Source: Anthoceros angustus (lineage: Eukaryota > Plantae > Anthocerotophyta). From it: 64,000 nt of DNA. Location: NCBI GenBank assembly GCA_010909165.1, contig VJWM01000197.1, positions 248,001 through 312,000 of the forward strand. Direction: 5' to 3'. How positions within the stretch are numbered: position 1 is the stretch's first letter; each line of letters begins with the position of its first letter. Both the position numbers and the translations under genes were made by a program. This document shows, piece after piece, positions 1-10,984 of this stretch. The notes under the pieces are model-generated. The model was not told the origin of the DNA and searched no databases. It worked only from the letters and a program-made list of their open reading frames with translations.

Positions 1-1319
1 AACGTTTTGCACAGAATCTCATAACTTGCCTCTTGCCTTGTCTGTGCACCCGAACATCAGATGGAATATAAAGGTCAGCTGTGATGGTCCAAAGCAACCA
101 ACTGGATCCTGAACAGACCAACTTACACCATGTTGTTGCTTCAGCATACCAGTGGATCTGCCCTGGATGGAGAAATGCTCGAAATGACAAACCTGCAACC
201 AGGAGAAGATAGCTCTCAAAGCCTTCCTGGCACAAACAGCAGGGGGCACGACCCTTGGGTTGATCATTTCAAGCACCTTAACTTCCCAGTGTAAAACTTC
301 ATTGCTGCAATGTTGCGCTTCTGCACTGTGAGCAGGATGCATTTAAGGTTGTTCTGCCAAACAACCTCTCTTAGAACAAGGGCCAAAACCTTGGTGAACC
401 CATGCCACCTGTCAGATTCCTCAACAGCCATGCAGCACACCAGCACGCAGTCACACAGAAAGCGACACCAAAAGCGACCGGTGAACCACCATACCTTCCG
501 TGCAAGAAGCTCCATGAACAACATGAGAAACTTGCCCAGCCCTCTCCCCTGCACGCTTCTCTCCAACTGCAGCTCGTACACATACAGCACAGGAACATCC
601 CGTTCCACCACAAACCGAAAGTGCACGAAAGCCACAACGGGACCCCCATCACCCGACCACAACACCCCATTCTTGTCTCCTCCAGTCTGCTGGTCTCCAC
701 TCTCTGTGGAGCGTTTCCGCACAACAATGTAACGAGCTTGCGGTGACACCATGTCCCGCCTTTTAATCTTCTCTTCTGCAGGCCACTCAGGCCCATAAGG
801 GTCTGACATGTTCACCTGCTCTGCCAATGACCAAACAGAAGAGCTTCACATCACAGCCTTACATATAAAACCACCCACAAGCCTCCACGAGCACACAGCC
901 ATACACCCATCCCCCTCACCTTCAGCAACTCCATTATGTACCGTTTAAGAGGCAAAGACAAGCCATCCCCAAATGCCATTTCCATGTGAAGATCCAGGCC
1001 TGCAACGAAGAAATATTCAACCACGCTCAGCTGTGGGTCCATCCCAGCTGTGAGCCAGCCAACATGCAAAAAGCCCCCAACTTTACCATTCCGATCGAAT
1101 TTCAGAAAGGCTGGAAACTCGGAGATCAAGTCCGGCTTGTCGTAGGCTGCCTTCACCACTGCATCCACGCTCTTCTTCCGAGCCAGCTCCTGTAGAGCCG
1201 TGGACACAAGGCACGTCACGTGAGCAATCATTCCCTGGGCTCCCGCACGTGAGCTCGGCCTGCCGTACCTCCTGCCGCTTGGACTTCTTCTCCAGCTGGT
1301 GCTGCTTCTTGCGATCCAT
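1..1319 (-). CDS. NAA40: N-alpha-acetyltransferase 40 (NatD), multi-exon, 3' end runs off the window start
   Basis: Exons joined at GT-AG sites: MDRKKQ..., ELARKKSVDAVVKAAY...FLKFDRNG, VNMSDPYGPEWPAEEKIKRRDM, GNAT core FVHFRFVVERDVPVLYVYELQLERSVQGRGLGKFLM, LLTVQKRNIAAMKFY, and YEILCK at the window edge. Confidence 0.85.
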
Positions 1320-1628
1320 GGCTGGGGCCCCGGGACTCGGGATTGGAAGAAGGATGCCTGCTCGAAGGATGCTTTGAGGGGAAGGTTACAGCCATTAATC
1401 GTGATTAACTACAATATAGGTCAGTTATCGATTATGGCAAGCCCAAAGGCTTCTAGGTAAGAACGCCATCTATGTATGTACTGAACCTGTGATGGATAGC
1501 TCTGCTTTTCGATGTTTGTTGAAGGCATGTTTTGAGGCGAAGGTGAAGGATACAGGTATGGATTAGTGGCAGTGCAGGGCTTGCTCAAGGCAAAGCCAGG
1601 CAAGTCCATGGCGTGAGCAGCTGGAGCT

Positions 1629-3365
1629 ATGGCGGATGCGCGGGACATCTTGGGGCTGCCCAAGGCAGCGGGGGCGAGCAAGGACATACTTGGAGGGAGC
1701 GGGGAGAAGAAGAGCAAGGCCAGCAAGGAGGCGGCGAAGAAACCCGATGGCGTGCCGCGGGAGGTGTACATGCTCACTGGGGGGCTGCCCCCGGCCATGC
1801 CGACCATGGACCTGGCCAGCCTGAGGAAGAGGCAGGCTGCGTCCAGCAAGAAGGTGGGATGGAGATGGCATCCGTTCACCAGCTCCGCGAGGAGCGACAA
1901 CCTGCAGCTGCACCACTGGGTCAGGCTGGTGGACGCAGCTCCCCCCACGGGGGACTATGCCTTCGCCAAGTACAACAAGGCGGTGGAGGTGGTGCGCTAC
2001 ACGGACGAGGAGTACACAAGGTTCTTGGCGGATCCCAAGTGGAGCAGGCAGGAGACGGACCAGCTGTTCGATCTTTGCGAGCAGTTCGATCTGCGTTTCA
2101 TCGTCATCGCGGACAGGTTCCCGTGGGACAGGACTGTGGAGGAGCTCAAGGACCGGTACTACACGGCTGCCAAGGCCGTGGTGCTGGCCAGGGCTCCCAG
2201 CGTGGAGGATGTGGCGGACCATACCCTGGTGAAGGACAGCTATGACATGGTGCAGGAGGTGGAGCGGAAGCGGGCCTTGGGGATCATGATGTCCCAGACC
2301 CGGCAGCAGGAGCTGGAGGATGCCAAGGTCTTGGCTGAGGCCAAGCGGATCATGGCCAGCCGAGCCAAGGTGCTGGAGGAGGCGGAACCCCCGGTTGGGG
2401 TTTCCATGGCGGCAGAGCCTGCTGCCGTGCCCTCTGTTGGTCTTGGTGCTGGTGCTGGTCCTGGTGCCGGTCCTGGTGCCGGTCCTGGTGCTGGTCCTGG
2501 TGCTGGTGCTGGTGCTAGTCCTGGTGCTGGTCCTGGTCCTGGTGCTGGTCCTGGTGCTGGTCCTGGTCCTGGTGCTGGTCCTAGTGCTGGTTCTGGTGCT
2601 GGTGCTGGTGCTGGTGAGGGAGCTGGTGCCGCTGCCGCTGCCGTTGCCGTTGCCGCTGCCGCTGCCGGTGCTGGTGCAGGTGCAGGTCCGTCTTTGCTTC
2701 AGGAGAAGCAGCAACAGCCGCAGCAGACTGCTGCATCTCCGCCCCCTGCTGCTCCAGCTGCAGGAGGTTATGTTCAGGCTTCGGTTCCCGCGGAGGTGGC
2801 TATCCCCCAGGTGTCTTCAGTTCCTGGGACGGATCCCAGCCCTGGGGTCCCTCCTGTCAGCAGCAGCGGGCCCCGGCTGCCTCGACTCTTCCTGAGGACA
2901 GCTTTGCTGGCTCAGCAGGTGCATTCCACCACGGCTGCTGCCGGGGTGAGGACGGCCAAGAGGGTGGAACAGACGCTGGAGGAGCTCGGGGTTCGGCCCA
3001 AGCCTAAGGTGGCCACGGCAGCAGTGTGTGAGCAGCATCTGGAGCTCCGCAAGGAGATTCTGACCCTACTCAACCTCCAGAAGCAGGTGCAGTGGAAGGA
3101 GAGTGAGGTGGCTGTGCTTCGTGACAACCCTTATGCAGAAATTCCCTCTACTCCCACCACTCCCAAGAGGTCTCACCGTGGAGGAGGGGAATATGAGCGG
3201 GTGGCCACCAGAGCTACTGCCATGGGAGCTGATTCTAACCCTCCCCCTGGGGAACGGTTAGGCAAAAGGGAACACAAGCGCAAGGCACCAGCAAGGTTTG
3301 CAGAAGCTCCAGCATCGCCACCACCTCAAAAGAGGGCCCGGAAGATGAAAGCTGCGGAGCTTTGA
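1629..3365 (+). CDS. SWC4: SWR1-complex protein 4 / DMAP1 (SANT domain), intronless, 578 aa
   Basis: Conserved motifs MADARDILG, KKPDGVPREVY, WHPFTSSARSDNLQLHHWVR, FAKYNK, WSRQETDQLFDLCEQFDLRFIVIADRF...RTVEELKDRYY, PKPKVATAAVCEQHLELRKEILTLLNLQK. Confidence 0.93.
   Translation: MADARDILGLPKAAGASKDILGGSGEKKSKASKEAAKKPDGVPREVYMLTGGLPPAMPTMDLASLRKRQAASSKKVGWRWHPFTSSARSDNLQLHHWVRLVDAAPPTGDYAFAKYNKAVEVVRYTDEEYTRFLADPKWSRQETDQLFDLCEQFDLRFIVIADRFPWDRTVEELKDRYYTAAKAVVLARAPSVEDVADHTLVKDSYDMVQEVERKRALGIMMSQTRQQELEDAKVLAEAKRIMASRAKVLEEAEPPVGVSMAAEPAAVPSVGLGAGAGPGAGPGAGPGAGPGAGAGASPGAGPGPGAGPGAGPGPGAGPSAGSGAGAGAGEGAGAAAAAVAVAAAAAGAGAGAGPSLLQEKQQQPQQTAASPPPAAPAAGGYVQASVPAEVAIPQVSSVPGTDPSPGVPPVSSSGPRLPRLFLRTALLAQQVHSTTAAAGVRTAKRVEQTLEELGVRPKPKVATAAVCEQHLELRKEILTLLNLQKQVQWKESEVAVLRDNPYAEIPSTPTTPKRSHRGGGEYERVATRATAMGADSNPPPGERLGKREHKRKAPARFAEAPASPPPQKRARKMKAAEL
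2443..2690 (+). repeat. Coding minisatellite (GGTGCT/GGTCCT)n encoding a GAGPG repeat inside SWC4
   Basis: Tandem 6/12/18-bp units ggtgct, ggtcct, then gccgct/gccgtt, read directly. Confidence 0.9.
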
Positions 3366-4897
3366 TTTATGTGATCCTGACCCCAAAGCACCGAGTTCGG
3401 CTGCAGATTATTCTGTGCACCGCCTCTCGCTGAACCAGAGGTGAAAGGTGAGAGCTCTTTATGGTCACCTTTGGCTTTTCTCTGGTCCCGCCTGTTCTCT
3501 CAGACTTTCTCAGTTGGCCCTTTCAGGATCAAGCTGGTATAGCCCTAGAAACACTTGCCTCGAAATGACCCCCTATCAGAGAAGGATAGAAGGTTCCGGC
3601 CTGCATGACGACCCAAGAAGCACCGACTAGGTGGGCTGATGTCGGAAATGCAAGCAGCCCTTTCAGGGGCCAGAAGATTTTTGGAAGCACCCGAGACTCC
3701 AATAGGTGAGGATGTAGAGGCGAAAGGGAGCCCAGACTTTAATGCGTACAGGATGTGGAGAGGAAAGTGAACCGGTTCCCCTCGTGAAAGCTGGCACACG
3801 ACTAGGGTCGGGGTCCCACAAGGGGTCATTTTCAGGATTTTCTCTTTCCAAGGGGAGATTCGTGCCTTCCACTGTTTCAGGAAGGCAGCCGGAAGAGCTA
3901 CATCTCTGGGGCCTAGGGCTATTCTGCCGTTGTGTTGACTGCAGGCTTTTCATACTAGCAATCTGGTTTGATCACGGTCCATTAGAGCTCTCAGCAGAGG
4001 ATACCGAGGTTGAGAAGATGTCGAGGACTCATCTGAAAGTGATAGCAACAGGCACTCTTGCTGATCTTTCGTATAGCACGGCCATTGTTTTTGCCCACAG
4101 TTTTACGTGTCCCATTTGGTCCTGGAAGTTCAGGTCGTGCACACCTGCCTGAACTAGACAGTTCAGGGAAGTTTCTTTGGTGTGATATCCGGTTACGGGT
4201 TGCTAGCAGCCAGCAAGGTCACGGAGTAAACTCATTCTTTTGGACTCATACATGTACCTCACTGTACACTGCCCCAATCCTTCCTCGCTACCTACTACCA
4301 TAGTTGTCACAGGTCAGCAGCGTAAGAGAAAAGCAGAAGGCAACAATAAGTCAAGGTAAAGGGATTTTTTTTTATTAAGATTATGCACTCCCCAGGCCAC
4401 AAGAGGCACGAGAGCCTGCTGTGCAAATGTGTATGGCCCGGATGAGTCCCGACTTCCGAGCAGCAGGTTCGGAGTTCTTCCCCCAACACCTGGGGCAAAC
4501 TGCCGAACATACCAACCATGAAGTGTTAATCTTGTTCTGGTGAAAATCCCAAACCCCATTTTCAGTGTTAACGACAATATAAAAAAGATCATAATAGTCG
4601 CTGCAGTAAAGTTGGAGGTGGGAGGAACTCCTGGAGTGTGCGTGTGCAAGGTCGACTCCTCGTAGCTCTCCCTCCCCACAAGCCCTTGGGCTTCTCCTGG
4701 ACAATCAAAGTTACCTTAGACTGCACACCGTTACAATTGAGCGTTACAAATTATGGGGTTAATGCTAATTGAAGTTTATTAGGGTTTTATGAAAACGAGC
4801 AGCCCGGAGGCTACGTGAGAGGTGAGGTAGCCCTACGTTTCCCTCCGCACTTGGCTCCTCTCCAAGTGTATGTGCTTTTGCCCATGCGGGAAGAGTT

Positions 4898-5027
4898 TGT
4901 ATTGAGGTTGCAGCTCAACGAGGTGATCAAACCTCATCTCCTGCCACGTTCTAAGTCACCATGGTTTTTGCACGAAATCAGCAGCGATGTCCACCCAACG
5001 ACATCACTTTCAAGGGCATAGTTTGCA
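4898..5027 (-). repeat. Diverged inverted copy of 6545-6680 (probable LINE endonuclease relic)
   Basis: gtattgaggttgcagctcaa...ggtgatca...catggt...gatgtccaccca...gggcatagtttg matches the reverse complement of 6545-6680, with substitutions and indels. Confidence 0.65.
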
Positions 5028-5099
5028 GAATATGTTCTGCCTCATCCAGGTAGCCAGACCGCCCAAGAACAATGCAACCATGCAATTATGATGAGCAAT

Positions 5100-6400
5100 C
5101 TGGGGTTGGCTTCAGGACGTGGTCCGCCTTGCCTTCAGTCACCAGGCCCCTTTGACTGCTTGCTGCGAGGAGCTGCAGTCGAAAGTAGCGGCATCAGGCC
5201 TGACCCTATGCCGCTGCGATATCTCGTCTGAGCATGGCAACGCCATTCCGCTATCACTGTCTTCAGCCTAGCATTCAGCAGAGCCGTCCACGTCACCACA
5301 TGTCTGGACGGCCCATCTGTCAAACACCCTGCGAGCATCCTCTATACTCGCACATAATATCACCCTGTACCTCTGCGCCAGCAGTCAAAACTGCTCAGCG
5401 GCACACGCCTTTAGAACCGCCACAAACACATGATTGTCTGGTTCCGGAGCAATCTCAAGCATCTGTCTGTAAAACTTTACACCCTGCCAAGCTTGTCCAT
5501 GCTCAGCATGAGCCTTGCTAAGAGAAGCTTACACGTATAAAAGGGTGTTGGGAGACGCCACAGCTTGCTAAACATCTCCTTTGCTTCACCCACTCTCCCA
5601 GGGGAAGCAACGCACATACAAATGATGTGGTTGCCCAAAAACGAGTCTGACTACCCCATAAAACTAGGCCTCTCAAAGTAAGAGCATGAACCTGCCAAGC
5701 ACCAGATTCCTCTGAGCAATGCATCTCTTCATCACACGGTAGAAGTGGGAGATCTCCACTGCTCCAGACCCCACCTTTTTGCACAAGTAGGTCCAGGGGT
5801 CCATCCCCCGAGCTGCCCCTCCTCAAACAGCTTGTCCCGCTTCTCAACCGCAATGCTCTCTCGATACATGCCAGTATCACTGCCCGAAGTAGTTGTGTCC
5901 AGCTCCATTTCCATTTTCAGATCCAGCCCCCAGCGCCAGCGACAGTGTGCAATGACGAGTCGGAGGGAAACAATCCGCGTATGCTTGGTGCCGGTGGTAG
6001 CTTCCTGCTGCTTATAAATCATGTAGGTGTAGAGCTCGCTTGCATCCTGGTCTAAATTTCCAAGCTGGATGACTCATGGCCCACTGGAATGCTGCTACAA
6101 CAGAATCCTTGATTCCATTCAGATACTACACTCCCTTTCACATTTCCACCACCATGTTGGCCATGGGTCCTGTCGTCTCGGGTCCGAAAGACCAGATGTT
6201 TTTTTGGCAAGGCCTATCACACCCAGACTCATCCGCCAGAATGTTGCTTCGCACCTTAGGTCATCACGAGTTCCAATCTTACCCTCAATTGATTGCCTGA
6301 GCCAGGCTGGCCCTTCCTCCAGCGGACGTGCCTCAAAGTATGTCAGTCTGTTATGCTTGTTTAGGGACTTGCTCATCACAACATGTGATTTGACTTGCCG
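5100..6400 (-). mobile_element. Highly degenerate non-LTR retrotransposon fragment (post-RT region, possibly CRE-like)
   Basis: Broken frames with SIPVGH, SSRKLPPAPS, LDLLVQKGG and LVLWGS, which resemble the GVPVG / LLRTLPP / LPVRxGGLG / YLGSW motifs downstream of the RT. Confidence 0.35.
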
Positions 6401-6544
6401 AGCACAGTTTCACGGAGCTGACACCACAATCTCAGCCCTGTTGCAGATCCTAATTCAGACAATTTTCAGTTGCAGCTCAACAGGTTGATCTTCTTGGGCT
6501 GTCCGGCCACCCGGCTCTGGATCGGATGAGGCAGAACATCTTCA

Positions 6545-6976
6545 TCAAACTATGCCCTTTGAAAAGTGACGGTTTGATGGTGGGTGGACATCACTGCCGA
6601 TTTGGTGCAAAGACCATGGGTGACAATAGAGTGTGCCAGGAGATGTTCTGATCACCTTATTGAGCTGCAACCTCAATACGCAGACTGGAGAACGTGCTCT
6701 GCAAGTGCTGGCAGGTGGGGGAATGTCGGGAGAATAGACAGCAAGTGCCAAGAAGAAGTCGCATGCGAGCGCCTGCATCGAACTAAGCAACAGTGTCCAC
6801 GACTTCACCGTGGGGGAGGAGAGGCCAGATATCTCACCGTGGGGGAGGAGAAGCTCAGTAGCTTGAATGGTACGCTGGAGGACGGAGGTCATGGGCCACA
6901 TACGGAGTTGGTGCTGAAGGCAATGTCTGACCAGAGTGTGCAAAGGAAGATGCACTGCGGAGAGATCAGATTGTGA
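6545..6976 (+). mobile_element. Degenerate LINE APE-endonuclease-like fragment
   Basis: Across frames: VLITLLSCNLNTQTGE (cf. GDLNARTG) and YLTVGEEKLSSLNG (cf. L.ILNG); stops and frameshifts present. Confidence 0.3.
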
Positions 6977-7007
6977 AGCAAATATTGTCCTAACCGTCTA
7001 GAGGCCC

Positions 7008-7115
7008 ACCCCCTCTAATTGGAACCCCTCTAATATAATTGGGAATGGGAAACCTCTCTAAATTGGGATCGGTGATTGCTGTGACCCCTCTAAATGGGAA
7101 ACCCCTCTAACTGGA
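7008..7115. repeat. Cluster of about 5 CCTCTAA-containing short repeats, resembling a DNA-transposon subterminal relic
   Basis: ccctctaatt, cccctctaat, cctctctaaattggga, cccctctaaatggga, cccctctaactgga. Confidence 0.5.
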
Positions 7116-7499
7116 TCGGTGAAGCTGGAGGCGCATCTGCCTTCCGTGTTACTGTGTATGCAAGCTCGCGAATGTTCATACAAGGAGACATATCTGAATC
7201 CACTATCTAGGTGCTCATCGCTGTACTTCTCCATTCATGGAGGTCCTCCTCACTAGGGTTGCACTATCAGCACACTCTTGTTCTCTACGCTATCAGATGA
7301 ACTCTCCTCCTTAAACTCAAAAAACTCTAGTTCTCCAAGCATTGATGGACTAAACTCCAGCACAAGGTCCATTGTCTATGACATTTTCTATAACATTTTC
7401 TATAGAGAAGGTGGTAGGCGCGATATGAAAACTCCGTATACATAGACGAGCTAAGAAGTGCCCTCCAAAATTTTCTTTGCGCCTTGTTGAAGTACTTGC

Positions 7500-8390
7500 G
7501 GCTAAGTACAAACTAGGCTAAGCACAGATTTATCGAATTGAAAAAGGGATCACTATCGCTATCAACAAGAAAGGGAAAGCTTCCTGCCAAAACGCTCCTC
7601 GTTGGAAGAAACTTCAAGAGTGGGCCACACCGAAGGCAGCCTTTGAGAAGACTGGTCCATAACTCCAAGCGTCTGTGCCGTGCCCAGAGCAAGAGCGAAG
7701 TGAGCCCGTGTGGACCTGGGGATGGAGGGGTCTAAGAAGACAGACTGGAAAGCCTGGCCAAGGTGCTTCTCGAGTAGAGACAAACCTGCAACCCTCTAAG
7801 ATCATTGGTAATAAATATTGTGAAAGGGAGGAAGTCATGCCGCGCATCTACTTGATAACATATCCCTAGCCTACCTCAAGGACACTTGGAGAGGGAAGAT
7901 TCCCTCCTCCACTCCTTATACAAAACCCTCCAGAAAGGGCCTGTTGCGGAGGATGAAGCAGGAGGCCAAAGCAACGATATAGAGCACCTAGCTGCCCAAA
8001 AATGCCACTGGGGAAGATACCTCGAGCGTCAGCAGACCTGTGCCACTAGAAAGCACTGGCAAGGACGCTTGCCAGAGGGTAAGGTCGCTTGCAAGGCACT
8101 CGAAGGCCCTATGGCCCATGATGTCACCTAGAGTGTCTATGAACTTCCTGTCAAACCTCTGTAGCCGGGACAGAAGGACCACTAGGCCCTAGGATGTGAG
8201 AGTTGTCTATTACCCAAGGGAAGACAGAGTCACGCGCAAAGGAGGCCGCGCTGGAAAGCGCCCTGTAGTGGGCGATGGTGAAGAGGGCACCGCCCAAAGG
8301 GTTGCCTTGCTTGGTTCCGATGGCCGATTCCAGGACAAAGACAGCAAATCCCGATGACACATTCTTGTGCTGATAGAAGAGGTTAGAGGA
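7500..8390 (-). mobile_element. CRE-like non-LTR retrotransposon RT, 3' part (interrupted by the DNA transposon)
   Basis: SSNLFYQH...LESAIGTKQGNPLGGALFTIAHYRAL...FPWVIDNSHILGP corresponds to the QGDPL and ADD motifs (degenerate). The left boundary is approximate. Confidence 0.75.
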
Positions 8391-8423
8391 CAACACGATA
8401 AATTTGCAAGGGGGTGAATATAC
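8391..8423 (+). repeat. Left TIR (33 bp)
   Basis: caacacgataaatttgcaagggggtgaatatac, the exact reverse complement of 18794-18826. Confidence 0.95.
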
Positions 8424-8930
8424 AAACCCTCTTCGATTGGGGTCGGACCCTCTTGCACGAATGCAGCCCCGTTCGGAAACCGCCTTCTGACGTTATATTG
8501 AAAATAGCGGTGAAATTCAGAAGTTCATACAGTGGCACGCGACATGCATACAACATAGTTTTCAGTTCATTGTTCTGTTAGGGCACTGGCCGGCCGGCCC
8601 CCTGTCACGTCTATCTCAACATCCAAGCCATTGACTTCAATGTCCCGAACCACTGGCTGGCTCATTATACAACAAAAAAATGTGATCCCTCCTAAGTAGG
8701 ACCTATACTTTCAACCTACCTACTCTAAATCGGAGGAATATGAGGTGGGCTCCGCTGCGACTCATCCGGCGCCTGAGCCGATACTGAATCCATAACGACT
8801 GCAACATTGCGCAGTCGTTCCATCTCCTCCTCGAACTGGCTATTTTCTTCCAGGCTCACTGCACTCGCTCTCCACCCTTCGACTCCCCCAGCAGATTGCT
8901 CCCAAACAGCATTCAAAGTCTGTCCCACGC

Positions 8931-10984
8931 CTAAGAGCTCTCTAGTTGTCCTCATCATTCTTTTCGCAGTGAGGGAACCACGAGCCTTTAAACCATCCTT
9001 CTCATCGATGCATACTTCCTTCGCCCAAAGCGGGAGGGGCCTCCGATGAGGCTCGAAGTGAGCTCTTCTTTTGCGTCTGGCGGGACCTCGTGCCCATGGA
9101 TGCGTTGCGGAATATAGCCGCACACCTCAAGTCGGCCTCGATACGATGGACGCCCACAAAGCAAGGTCAAATGGTTGTCCGCTCCCCGAGCATGCATCAA
9201 GCACCAGTCCCTTCCTTGAAAATGTTTTTATGAGCTTCATCATAAGGCCCAGCCGCCTTTTGCACGGCATACCACCGCCTTGTCATTAGAAAGGTAAACC
9301 TGCCACCAAAGGTCATATGCTATGACCGTCCTCCCATTGTTAAACATGCCATCCATGGCATTCGGCATCATCGTGGCCCTATCCTTGGAACTCCCGTCCT
9401 TAAGACACCACCCTACTGTCACGTACTCCACGGTTTCAAACCCTCCTTTGTCATTGCTCATGTTTGTCTTGTCCCATACAAATGATACCATACCTCCTCT
9501 CCTGCACCACTTCCTTAGAGACTCCCTCACTGTATGCGCTTCCTCCACACCATGCATAACGATAATCCGGAACTCCTCGCATGTAGTTTTCTCCTGGAAG
9601 CTCTGGAACACTGTACTCATACTTGTGATGTCCATCCTTTTGTCCATAGATCCTATATCAAAACCTCGGGGGACATCCATGATCAACAGGGCATAGTTTC
9701 GTCCTCTCAAATAACCCCGCATATCCAGGACATTACGTTTCTCGACTTGATACTGAACCTGTTTATCTGTGTCGGGGACATTGAATACGAAAAGCCCGGC
9801 TTCCAGATCTTTGTCCGCCAAATCTCTTTGCTCATTTTCAAGCCCCTTCCAGTTGTTCACTTCGAAGATAAAATGTTGGAAATCGTCTGGTAATTTTGTG
9901 AGGTTGTCCACATCCTTGCTTGCTAGAACACAAAAGGCATTAGAACCGAAGGTCCCACGTCTAAGAGCTCTCTAGTTGTCCTCATCATTCTTTTCGCGAT
10001 GAGGGAACCACGAGCCTTTAAACCATCCTTCTCAACATACTTCCTTCGCCCAAAGCGGGAGGGGCCTCTCGATGAGGCTCGAAGTGAGCTCTTCTTTTGC
10101 GTCTGGCGGGACCTCGTGCCCATGGATGCGTTGCGGAATATAGCCGCACACCTCAAGTCGCCTCGATGGCGTCTGATGGCGTCCACAAAGCAAGGCTGCT
10201 AAAATGGTTGTCCGCTCCACGAGCATGCATCAAGCACCAGTCCCTTCCTTGAAAATGTTTTTATGAGCTTCATCATAAGGCCGGCCTTTAGTGCAGCATA
10301 CCACCAGCTTGTCATTAGAAAGGTAAACGTGCTTTTTCACCACAGTGTCATATGCTATAACCGTCCTCCCATTGTTAAACATGCCATCCATGGCATTCGG
10401 CATCATCGTGGCCCTATCCTTGGAACTCCCGTCCTTAAGACACCACCCTACTGTCACGTACTCCACGGTTTCAAACCCTCCTTTGTCATTGCTCATGTTT
10501 GTCTTGTCCCATACAAATGATACCATACCTCCTCTCCTGCACCACTTCCTTAGACTCCCTCACTCTATGCGCTTCCTCCACACCATGCATAACGATAATC
10601 CGGAACTCCTCGCATGTAGTTTTCTCCGAAGCTCGAACCACTCATACTTGTGATGTCCATCCTTTTGTCCATAGATCCTATATCAAAACCTCGGGGACAT
10701 CCATGATCAACAGGGCATAGTTTCGTCCTCTCAAATAACCCCGCATATCCGGGACATTACGTTTCTCGACTTGATCGAACTGTTTATACATGTGGGACAT
10801 TGAATCTGAAAAGCCCGGCTTCGGATCTTTGTCCGCCAAATCTCTTTGCTCATTTTCAAGCCCCTTCCATTGTTCACTTCGAAGATAAAATGTTGGAAAT
10901 CGTCTGGTAATTTTGTGAGGTTGTCCACATCCTTCAGTTGCTGCCAGCGGAACACAAAAGGCATTAGAACCGAAGGTCCCACGT
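8931..10984. repeat. Direct tandem duplication, ~1030-bp unit (8931-9960 / 9961-10984), covering the MTase exon
   Basis: ctaagagctctctagttgtcctcatcattc starts at both 8931 and 9961; gtcccacg microhomology at all three junctions; copies differ largely by small indels. Confidence 0.92.

Noticed and set aside
1563-2895. Long overlapping ORFs (TSTR-repeat 383 aa on -, VL-repeat 191 aa on +)
   Set aside because: Alternative-frame shadows of the SWC4 coding minisatellite.
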